A DNA stretch of 41,670 nt from a virus, in IMG/VR virus record IMGVR_UViG_3300045988_034731; one strand, written 5' to 3'. The position numbers were made by a program, and so were the translations under genes. The notes under the pieces were generated by a model that worked only from the letters and a program-made list of their open reading frames with translations, did not search any database and was not told where the DNA came from. Positions 6,927 through 13,531 of this stretch are shown here, piece after piece. Every line of letters begins with the position of its first letter. The first letter of the stretch is position 1.

Positions 6927-6950
6927 AAATTGCACACGAAATTGCACACG
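6927..6950 (+). repeat. Tandem 12-nt repeat aaattgcacacg x2 (candidate integrase arm-type sites, left arm)
   Basis: Exact copies at 6927-6938 and 6939-6950. The same doublet recurs at 7156-7179, with an inverted copy at 7124-7134. Confidence 0.7.
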
Positions 6951-6994
6951 ACTTGATTCTTTCGTTGAATTTATGCGGTTTGTAAAGGTTTTAA

Positions 6995-7024
6995 GCAGGG
7001 GTTCAACTCCCCTCGCCTCCACCA
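6995..7024 (+). other. 3'-terminal fragment of a tRNA or tmRNA (T-arm, acceptor 3' strand, ACCA): probable attP core
   Basis: agggg ttcaact cccct (T stem-loop), then cgcctcc (acceptor 3' strand), then a + cca. No matching 5' acceptor strand (GG(A/G)GGCG) or anticodon arm lies upstream. Confidence 0.65.
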
Positions 7025-7025
7025 A

Positions 7026-7066
7026 AAGGAAAACCGAGGAATCTCAATGGTTCCCCGGTTTTCCTT
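7026..7066 (+). terminator. Hairpin/terminator following the tRNA-like 3' end
   Basis: aaggaaaaccg / cggttttcctt is an 11-bp stem with a 19-nt loop, followed by gatttt. Confidence 0.5.
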
Positions 7067-7123
7067 GATTTTATGCGGGTTTGGCGGCTCTTGCGTCTTG
7101 TAAATTTTACAAGTCTATTTTAG

Positions 7124-7179
7124 CGTGTGCAATTAAAAATCAATTTTTAAGGGAAAAATTGCACACGAAATTGCACACG
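7124..7179. repeat. Right-arm copies of the ttgcacacg motif (one inverted, two direct)
   Basis: cgtgtgcaatt at 7124-7134 is the inverted copy. aaattgcacacg occurs at 7156-7167 and 7168-7179. Located directly upstream of the integrase stop. Confidence 0.7.
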
Positions 7180-7187
7180 AAAATGGG

Positions 7188-8213
7188 CTATTCTTTCGGA
7201 GCGAACAACTCCTCAAAATGCCCGTCAATGATTTTATCAAACGCCTTTTCTTTTTCGGCGAGAGTGTGTTGGTATGTGGTTTTCAGCATGTTATTGGTAG
7301 CGTGGCCCATCCGCTTTATGCCGTACTTATCCGGGATGCCTTCCGCCAGCATGACGGATGCGTTAAAGTGCCGCAGATCGTGGAATCGGTAGTGCCTGAC
7401 TTTGGCCTTCTCGCAGATGCGGACAAAGCCACTATATAGCGCATGTCCGGAAAGGTTCACAATGTGTTCGCTTGTCTTCGGCTGCCTCTGGATTAAATCC
7501 AAAAGGTAGGGCGGAAGGTGTATCCTTCTGGTGCCGCTGTACGTTTTTACTCCTTTTTCAACAGGCCCGTTTTCACCGGCCACAATGGCCCTCCGGATTT
7601 GCAGATACTCACCATTGATATCATCCCAGCGCAGGCCAATAATCTCGGATGCCCGGAGGCCAAGCCAAATGGCAATCATAATTGGCAGCTCGTATTTTGT
7701 ACCTTTGCATGCGTTGGCAATGGCTACAGCGTCGGCCTCAGACGGTATCTCAATTTCCGTTTTTACTTTTTGTGGCATGGTTGTGCGTAAAGCCATTTCC
7801 GGCTTATACTCCGCAAGGATGGGGCTTAAAAATCCGTGTGCGTTTGCGATTGTCTTTGGCGTTTTTCCTTCCCTCGATAGCCTGTTTACCCAGCGTTGCA
7901 CTCGCTCTTGTGTGAGATCGGCTAAAACGATATTCTCAATATCCTTCATCAGATTTTTCCGGATGCGTTTATACCCAGCAATGGTGGACGGGGAAAGAAC
8001 CTCGCTTCTGGATTCGATGTATCGGTCGGCAGCTTCCCCAACTGTAAGTCTTCTTACAGGCTTTTGCGCCTCCACCATTTTTGTTTTGATGCCGGAGGCC
8101 CAAAATTGAGCCTCTTCCGCCGTATCAAAAGTGTTTCCAACTCGTTTCCCGTCAACCATGATCTGGATGCGGTATTTCCCCGATGGTAGTTTTATTGGCT
8201 CTGGAATTTTCAC
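7188..8213 (-). CDS. int: Tyrosine recombinase (phage integrase)
   Basis: GTG start with GGAGGA RBS. N-terminal SAM-like/arm-binding region. C-terminal catalytic motifs LRASE, HDLRH and GHATNNMLKTTYQH (Tyr nucleophile context). Confidence 0.95.
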   Translation of the reverse strand: MKIPEPIKLPSGKYRIQIMVDGKRVGNTFDTAEEAQFWASGIKTKMVEAQKPVRRLTVGEAADRYIESRSEVLSPSTIAGYKRIRKNLMKDIENIVLADLTQERVQRWVNRLSREGKTPKTIANAHGFLSPILAEYKPEMALRTTMPQKVKTEIEIPSEADAVAIANACKGTKYELPIMIAIWLGLRASEIIGLRWDDINGEYLQIRRAIVAGENGPVEKGVKTYSGTRRIHLPPYLLDLIQRQPKTSEHIVNLSGHALYSGFVRICEKAKVRHYRFHDLRHFNASVMLAEGIPDKYGIKRMGHATNNMLKTTYQHTLAEKEKAFDKIIDGHFEELFAPKE

Positions 8214-8283
8214 TTGCTTTTTCCTCCTGTTTTACTATAATGGAGGGGCAGATTGCTCCTGCATGGCGTCTGCGCCCTGATGG

Positions 8284-8313
8284 CCGCCTCCGGTATTTCG
8301 GTATCGGAGGCGG
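8284..8313. other. GC-rich hairpin between the HTH gene and int
   Basis: ccgcctccg / cggaggcgg is a 9-bp stem. The T-run lies only on the + side, so it is probably a weak terminator for the minus-strand transcript. Confidence 0.35.
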
Positions 8314-8322
8314 CTCCTCTTT

Positions 8323-8730
8323 TTATCCTTTGAAAAGGCCCATGCTTGGGTTCAGCAGGTCCAGAGTGATTCCATACACCAGCGCCAGGGCAAGAATCAA
8401 CAGCAGAGCAAAGATTACCCGGTTCTTGTGCTTAATGGCTTCGTTTAACAGCTTGTTCATGTCTTGCTCATGGCTTACTTGCTGAGTAAGTAAGGCTTCC
8501 TCCCGCTCCGTCAAATCCTCGCCTTTCGGCACGATCTCAAAATACCGGTCCAGGGACACTCCCAGGCTCTTGCAAATGGGCCCGACAGTGTAGACGGACG
8601 GCTGCTTGGATGCGCTGGAAAAGTAGTTGTTGACGGTCGAGATCGAGATGCCGGATTCGTCCGCTATGGTTTGTGCTGTTTTCCTTTGCGTTTCTCGCTC
8701 CTTCCAGCAAATGTCCTGGATGGTTTCCAT
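8323..8730 (-). CDS. XRE-family HTH protein with C-terminal transmembrane anchor
   Basis: RBS aaaggag. HTH is KTAQTIADESGISISTVNNYFS. C-terminal TM is VIFALLLILALALVYGITL. Confidence 0.8.
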   Translation of the reverse strand: METIQDICWKERETQRKTAQTIADESGISISTVNNYFSSASKQPSVYTVGPICKSLGVSLDRYFEIVPKGEDLTEREEALLTQQVSHEQDMNKLLNEAIKHKNRVIFALLLILALALVYGITLDLLNPSMGLFKG

Positions 8731-8843
8731 GAGGTACGCTCCTTTCGTTTGCCTGGTTTCTGGAAGATGCTACCAAGCCTGATTTTGCCAAATTCTTAAT
8801 AACTGGAGAGATTCTGCCTTTGCCTCGGCTTGCTCTGCCAACC

Positions 8844-8878
8844 GCCTACCTGCTACGATGCAGCCATAGCAGGTAGGC
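8844..8878. other. Perfect 11-bp inverted repeat in the intergenic region
   Basis: gcctacctgct (8844-8854) and agcaggtaggc (8868-8878), with a 13-nt loop, followed by ttgatgttt on the + strand. Confidence 0.5.
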
Positions 8879-9033
8879 TTGATGTTTGGCGGCTATCTGC
8901 TATAAGGCCCCTCTGCCGGTTGCAGGCGGCAGGGGGGCCAATCAGAACACAATTGCGATTGGCTCCCCAATCGATATAGTATTACATATTGGAATCTTGT
9001 TGTTGACTTGCGATTGCGAATTGTATAAACTGA

Positions 9034-9221
9034 TGGAAGAAGGCGGGAAATTGAAGGAACTGTTGTGTGCGGGATCTTCGGCGCTTGCGCCGGAAGACGT
9101 GCGGGAGAAGCTGAAAGCCGCAGTGCTTTTGCTTTCTGATGAGGAAAAAATAGCTCTGCTTGGTCAAATTAGGAGGATGAAAAATGGCAGAAAGCGTTAC
9201 TCCTCTAGCTACGATGACTGA
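9034..9221 (+). CDS. Possible small protein (62 aa), weakly supported
   Basis: ATG 9034 has no SD and sits 4 nt after a TTGACT-15-TATAAA promoter-like element (9004-9030). Converges on and overlaps the 3' end of 9209..9682. Confidence 0.3.
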
Positions 9222-9682
9222 AGCGTTTCGGAAGGTCCATGAGCTTGCTCCCTTTTGCTTTTCAGATATCCGATAAATCGTAGCATTTCCGCAACTTCTT
9301 CGACGGATGCGGCGGAAATAAAATCAAAAATTTCTTGCTCCACAGGACTAAGCGCTTCGCCTTTGGCGGAGCGCTTTTCTTCACTCTCCGCCGTCAGCTC
9401 CGCCACCAGCTCTTTCACCCTCTGGATATCCTCCAAGCACTTTGCGGTTTCTTCCGGGGTGCTGCCCTCGTGCAGGAGAATGTCGTTTGGCGTGGTTTTA
9501 AGCAGAATACACATGCAGGCGGCTTCTTCTGGGGACGGTAAATTATTGCCTCTTAAGACTTCGCTGTACCATGAACTGTATTTCCCAACTTTTCTTGAAA
9601 ACGCAGATTGATTCCATTCATTCGCTTTTCTTAAAATGTCGATTTTATTGCAATCAACATTTACGGTGTCACGCTTTGCCAT
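9209..9682 (-). CDS. cI-type XRE HTH repressor candidate with an acidic helical C-terminal domain
   Basis: RBS aaagga. HTH is WNQSAFSRKVGKYSSWYSEVLRG. Third gene of the leftward operon opposite the Cro-like gene. Confidence 0.8.
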   Translation of the reverse strand: MAKRDTVNVDCNKIDILRKANEWNQSAFSRKVGKYSSWYSEVLRGNNLPSPEEAACMCILLKTTPNDILLHEGSTPEETAKCLEDIQRVKELVAELTAESEEKRSAKGEALSPVEQEIFDFISAASVEEVAEMLRFIGYLKSKREQAHGPSETLQSS

Positions 9683-9699
9683 ATATATTGTCCTTTGAT

Positions 9700-9858
9700 T
9701 TACTTAATCCCTAACATTTTCCCAAACTTTCGTTGCCTTCCGGCTTTTGACATAGGGATTCCCGTAGATTTTGAGATCTTCTGTTTTGCTTTACTAATCC
9801 CAAGTGCGCGTTTCCAACTAAAAGACAAACCTGGGATTTTGAATGTTTTTTTCGCCAT
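9700..9858 (-). CDS. Small, very basic protein (52 aa)
   Basis: Internal ATG of track ORF 9700..10017, 13 nt after the stop of 9872..10327. MAKKTFKIPGLSFSWKRALGISKAKQKISKSTGIPMSKAGRQRKFGKMLGIK. Confidence 0.5.
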   Translation of the reverse strand: MAKKTFKIPGLSFSWKRALGISKAKQKISKSTGIPMSKAGRQRKFGKMLGIK

Positions 9859-9871
9859 AAATATACTCTTT

Positions 9872-10327
9872 CTATGGATTGCACGTTCCGCACGGGTCGT
9901 ATCCCGCCGCGGACGCTTCTTCCTTGCTATCAAAGTGGACAAGGTTTCCATCGTTAATTTTATCTGTCCAACGGCATGTCGGGCGGTGGTATTTATCACT
10001 TCCCACGCTGCCAACATATTTATACTGCTTCAAGCTTTCGCGAAATGCCTGCTCCGGCGATATTTCCGGTGCGCTTTCTGAATTTTGAGAAGTAGAGGGC
10101 AGGCCTGGTTGCAAATGTTCCGAATTGGGTTTTGTTCCCTCGGCGTTGGCATCACCGATGATAACGCTTGGGGCGTTTTCTTTTTTCACGGCCGGCTGCT
10201 CCATTACTGCCTGAGTGGTATCCGGCGTTTGTTTGGTGGGTTCCGCTGTATCTGGGGCAAATGCTCCAATTACTCCGAGAGCTGCAAGACCAATGACGAC
10301 TGATTTTGCCTTGACCTTGAATGCCAT
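9872..10327 (-). CDS. Secreted or membrane-anchored protein with a C-terminal sunset (Cys-rich, Ada-Zn-like) domain
   Basis: N-terminal signal/TM is KSVVIGLAALGVIGAFA, followed by a low-complexity linker. C-terminal KYHRPTCRWTDKINDGNLVHFDSKEEASAAGYDPCGTCNP matches the sunset-domain pattern. Confidence 0.8.
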   Translation of the reverse strand: MAFKVKAKSVVIGLAALGVIGAFAPDTAEPTKQTPDTTQAVMEQPAVKKENAPSVIIGDANAEGTKPNSEHLQPGLPSTSQNSESAPEISPEQAFRESLKQYKYVGSVGSDKYHRPTCRWTDKINDGNLVHFDSKEEASAAGYDPCGTCNP

Positions 10328-10415
10328 ATAAAGAGCCTCCGTTTAACAGAATATACAAAACAACGTGTCTAATTATGGTCAAAACACAAAAACTGCGATT
10401 TTCAAAGTTATAGCA

Positions 10416-10444
10416 TTGACAACTGCAAAAATCTCAGTTATAAT
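10416..10444 (+). promoter_or_regulatory. Perfect consensus early promoter TTGACA-17-TATAAT
   Basis: ttgaca (10416-10421), 17-nt spacer, tataat (10439-10444). Lies about 165 nt upstream of the Cro-like gene. Confidence 0.75.
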
Positions 10445-10609
10445 AGCCTTACAGAACTTAATCAAGGCAACAAAAAACCAAGCCCCCTCGGATTTCTCCG
10501 TTCTGCGGGCCTATCGCCGATATTTTGTTGGCTGACACTTACATAATAGAGGTGCGTTTTAAGTTTGTCAAGATAAAGTTCTTAATAACGCAGAAGGAGG
10601 GACAAAAGC

Positions 10610-10804
10610 TTGACATTAAGGGAGCTTAGGCTTGCGGCGGGCCTAATGCAAAGCGAGGTCGCAAAGAAGCTCAATGTGACTATCATTGCCGTGTCGAACT
10701 GGGAAAATGGAAAAAACGGTATTTCCCGGAAGTACCACAAGAAGCTGGCAAAGCTGTATGGCGTATCGGTGGAGGAGCTGATGGAATGCCGAGGACAAAG
10801 CTAG
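10610..10804 (+). CDS. Cro-like XRE HTH regulator
   Basis: TTG start 9 nt after AGGAGG. MTLRELRLAAGLMQSEVAKKLNVTIIAVSNWENGKN is a classic XRE HTH. Confidence 0.8.
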   Translation: MTLRELRLAAGLMQSEVAKKLNVTIIAVSNWENGKNGISRKYHKKLAKLYGVSVEELMECRGQS

Positions 10805-11043
10805 ATCGGTTTTCCAGGAACCCGGAGACTTACCGGAAGATGGTAAACCGGACAATTCGGGAGGCGATGGCCCGCCAGGAGGTAGCCCACAATAAGGAGC
10901 TGGGCGAGGCCATCGGCCTGTCGGAGACGCAGACGTGTAACCGCTTCAAGAAGGGTTGGAGCGCCTGGGAACTTTTCCGGATCAGCCAAGTCCTCCATTT
11001 TACGGAGGCGGAGGCGATCCGGCTGATGGGAGGACAATCATAA
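10786..11043 (+). CDS. Small HTH-like early regulator
   Basis: Overlaps the Cro-like gene's end. NKELGEAIGLSETQTCNRFKKG is a helix-turn-helix-like segment. Confidence 0.6.
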   Translation: MPRTKLDRFSRNPETYRKMVNRTIREAMARQEVAHNKELGEAIGLSETQTCNRFKKGWSAWELFRISQVLHFTEAEAIRLMGGQS

Positions 11044-11135
11044 TGGATGGATACACGCTGGCGCTGGTCATCATCGGGGCCGGGACGGCCACAGGCTGGG
11101 TGTTCCGGCTCATCGACAGGATCGAGGGGCGATGA
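11043..11135 (+). CDS. Possible 30-aa hydrophobic peptide (not in track)
   Basis: TAATG overlap upstream and ATGA overlap downstream. MDGYTLALVIIGAGTATGWVFRLIDRIEGR. Confidence 0.3.
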   Translation: MDGYTLALVIIGAGTATGWVFRLIDRIEGR

Positions 11136-11788
11136 AAGTTCTAGTTGCCTGCGAGGAATCGCAAGAAGTCTGCAAGGCGTTCCGGGCATTGGGGCATGAG
11201 GCATATTCCTGTGACATTCAGGAGCCGTCCGGCGGACACCCGGAGTGGCATATTCTGGACGATGCCGTGGACGTTGTCAATAGACCCGGGCTTATTACCA
11301 CAATGGACGGTGAAACGCATATTGTTACTTGGGATTTGCTGATCGCACACCCACCGTGCACATATCTCAGCAATGCAGGCGCGCGGCACTTGTGGAAGGG
11401 GCATCAACTGCAACCGGACAGGGTTATGCTTGGGATAAAGGCACGCGACTTTTTCATGGAGTTTTATCGGGCGGATATCCCACTTGTGGCGGTTGAGAAT
11501 CCTGTACCGAGCAAGCTTTTTGTAATGCCGGAATACTCGCAAATTATCCAGCCATATCAATTTGGACATCCGTACACAAAAAGAACGTGCTTATGGTTGA
11601 GAAATCTCCCACCGCTGGAGCCGACAAACATCGTTGAGCCGACAGCAACATGGTGTCCAAGTGGCAGTTACAGCCATAAGCATGGGGAACAGCATAAAGG
11701 TATGTTTACCACGGATAGAGCCAAAAACCGCGCAAAGACCTTCCCCGGCATCGCCAAAGCTATGGCGGAGCAATGGGGGTGTCTATGA
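11132..11788 (+). CDS. DNA cytosine-C5 methyltransferase-like protein (compact phage type)
   Basis: HPPCTYLS (motif IV PC-like) and VAVENPV (motif VI ENV-like). N-terminal VLVACEESQ replaces a canonical FxGxG motif. No long target-recognition region. Confidence 0.7.
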   Translation: MKVLVACEESQEVCKAFRALGHEAYSCDIQEPSGGHPEWHILDDAVDVVNRPGLITTMDGETHIVTWDLLIAHPPCTYLSNAGARHLWKGHQLQPDRVMLGIKARDFFMEFYRADIPLVAVENPVPSKLFVMPEYSQIIQPYQFGHPYTKRTCLWLRNLPPLEPTNIVEPTATWCPSGSYSHKHGEQHKGMFTTDRAKNRAKTFPGIAKAMAEQWGCL

Positions 11789-11850
11789 CCGCCTGGCACA
11801 ACGATCCCATTTCCCCCGAGCGGGCGGATTCCATGTAGGAGTTGGCCCGG

Positions 11851-11975
11851 ATGGCGGGTGTTACCGTGGGGACGTTGACCTCTTCCATCAGCCGCAGGAA
11901 CTAGAAAAGCGCCCTGGGAGGTCCAAGTATCATGTCGTATGGGTGCCCAGGGAAAAGTTTGAAGGAGGAAAAGCA
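11851..11975 (+). pseudogene. Disrupted HTH_17/excisionase-like ORF (frame change at about 11900)
   Basis: AGGAG-N9-ATG at 11851 gives MAGVTVGTLTSSISRRN, then TAG (11902). The -1 frame continues as ELEKRPGRSKYHVVWVPREKFE. Together these look like a MerR/Xis-type winged HTH. Confidence 0.3.
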
Positions 11976-12290
11976 ATGAACGAAGAAATGAAGATGACCC
12001 AGGAGCGGGAAGGCCGGATCCTGGAGGCTGCTATCGACACTTGGGGCACTGAGATGCAGATCGTCGTGGCCATCGAGGAGATGAGCGAGCTGACGAAGGC
12101 CCTCACCAAGTACATCCGGGCCGATGATGTCGCCACGATTGTGACCAATATCCGGGAGGAGATGGCCGACGTGGGAATCATGCTCAATCAGCTCTCCCTC
12201 ATTTTCGGCGATACCACCGAGGAGGAGATCCGCAAGCTGAACCGCCTGCGGCGGAGAATCGAGGATGTGACCGGTGAGACCCTTTTCTGA
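11976..12290 (+). CDS. MazG-like nucleotide pyrophosphohydrolase
   Basis: RBS gaaggagg. EEMSELTKALTKYIR....REEMADV are the paired E-rich metal-binding helices typical of small MazG/NTP-PPase proteins. Confidence 0.7.
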   Translation: MNEEMKMTQEREGRILEAAIDTWGTEMQIVVAIEEMSELTKALTKYIRADDVATIVTNIREEMADVGIMLNQLSLIFGDTTEEEIRKLNRLRRRIEDVTGETLF

Positions 12291-12291
12291 C

Positions 12292-12465
12292 ATGGATATC
12301 CCGGAGCGGCCATTGGAACCGCCGGATCCGGAGGCGGCGCCCTGCTGCCCCTGTTGCGGCGAGGAGTGCGAGACGCTGTACCGGGCGTTTTCCGGGGCCG
12401 TCGTTGGCTGCGAGAAGTGCGTGGACGCCCTGGACGCCTGGGAAAACCGGCATTTGGCAGACTAA
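12292..12465 (+). CDS. Small zinc-ribbon protein
   Basis: CCPCCGEEC...GCEKC gives two CxxC pairs. ATG lies 2 nt after the upstream stop. Confidence 0.55.
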   Translation: MDIPERPLEPPDPEAAPCCPCCGEECETLYRAFSGAVVGCEKCVDALDAWENRHLAD

Positions 12466-12491
12466 ATTTTGGGAAGCAATAGGAGGACAAC

Positions 12492-13082
12492 ATGAAGGAG
12501 ATCAAGGTTAAGCTGACATTTACGGAGCCCATCTTGGGGACGTCTCCGGCCAATCCTGATGTGTATCGGGAGTTCATCGGCAGCAAAAGCCCGGACGCTT
12601 TGAGTGTGGAGGATGAGGTCGCCGCTCTTGGTGCCGACGCTGTGGCGGATAAGGGCATGACGGTATTCCCTCGCCTGGACGATGGCACGCCGTTCCTCTA
12701 CGATTACCAGATCAAGGGATTTTTCAAGGATACCTGCGGTGGCCTTCGCAAAGTGAAGGGGACCGCAAGCGAGAAGATCAAGGCGTACAAGAAGGAAATT
12801 GACAAGCTGATTTTCCCGGAGCCCAGAACGATTCCTCTCCTGTTTGACGGCAAAATCGGTGAGTGTCAGCGCCCTCTGAGAGCGCAGACGGCGCAGGGGG
12901 AGCGCATCAGCCTTGCGATGAGTGAGGAGATTCCCGCCGGGGCGACGTGCGAGTTTACCGTTGTCTGCCTTTGCGACGATCACGAGAAGGCGGTCCGGGA
13001 ATGGCTGGATTATGGCCGTTTATCCGGTATCGGCCAGTGGCGCAATAGCGGGAAAGGTAGATTCCGCTGGGAGGAGCTGTAA
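12492..13082 (+). CDS. Conserved-looking hypothetical protein with a C-terminal GxGxxxxxGxG glycine-rich loop
   Basis: RBS aataggagg. The C-terminus LSGIGQWRNSGKGRFRWEEL (13026-13058 encodes GIGQWRNSGKG) resembles the RAMP/Cas6-type G-rich loop. Confidence 0.7.
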   Translation: MKEIKVKLTFTEPILGTSPANPDVYREFIGSKSPDALSVEDEVAALGADAVADKGMTVFPRLDDGTPFLYDYQIKGFFKDTCGGLRKVKGTASEKIKAYKKEIDKLIFPEPRTIPLLFDGKIGECQRPLRAQTAQGERISLAMSEEIPAGATCEFTVVCLCDDHEKAVREWLDYGRLSGIGQWRNSGKGRFRWEEL

Positions 13083-13531
13083 GCGACGGATCCGCTCCGA
13101 CTCGACTAGATGAGCAAAGGCTATGTTCCGAGCGTCACGGCGAAGGAACAGCTTGGCACGAAAAAGCGCTGAATGGAAATGGAAATGTTAGGAAACGCAT
13201 CCGCTGTGGATGGAACAGCAAGGGCAATGTTCCGCAACGAACTGCATTGGAGATGCGAAGCGCAGCACCGGAATAACTCGCAAAGGCGAGGCTTCGTGGA
13301 GCACGGCAACGGAAAGGCAGCGCGGGGTTCCGATTTGAGTGGCCCGGCAATGGGGGTGCATGGCACTGCGGAGAACAGCGACGGAAAAGCCGTGCAGAGA
13401 AATGTAGAGCGGCGGAATAGCAAGGCATTAAACTGCAATGGAATTGCCGAGGGTTGAGAAGCTGCGCAACGGAAGTGCCAAGAGATGCAAAGCAAAAGCA
13501 GTGGATATTGGGACATAAGGAGGACAAAGAC
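13083..13531 (+). other. ORF-poor, purine-rich (about 65-70% A+G on the + strand, by eye) non-coding region
   Basis: No ORF with an RBS is present; track ORF 13173..13457 lacks an SD and has odd composition. Dispersed short repeats include atgttccg x2, gcaacggaa x2 and ggaa(c/t)agcaagg(g)ca(a)t x2. Confidence 0.5.

Noticed and set aside
6995-7024. A complete tRNA gene at the att region
   Set aside because: Only the T-arm, acceptor 3' strand and CCA are present. The upstream 70-90 nt contain no complementary 5' acceptor strand and no foldable D or anticodon arm. It is a 3' fragment carried as the attP core.
8886-9033. N-terminal extension of track ORF 8886..9221 (TTG start)
   Set aside because: The extension runs through the operator and promoter-like motifs, has no RBS and has implausible sequence. 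Only the 9034 ATG version is retained, at low confidence.
11836-11904. Two in-frame TAG codons, suggesting possible amber recoding (TAG read as an amino acid)
   Set aside because: TAG clearly terminates well-supported genes elsewhere: integrase (7188-7190), the Cro-like gene (10802-10804), terL (24595-24597) and 36161..36802. Genome-wide recoding is therefore not supported. A local pseudogene or indel is more parsimonious.
13173-13457. Track ORF of 94 aa in the purine-rich gap as a real protein
   Set aside because: There is no Shine-Dalgarno sequence upstream, whereas nearly every other gene has GGAGG-like sites. The composition is unusual (MEMEMLGN..., Arg/Asn/Gly-rich), and the frame is simply what a purine-rich tract leaves open. 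Kept as non-coding, but not fully excluded.
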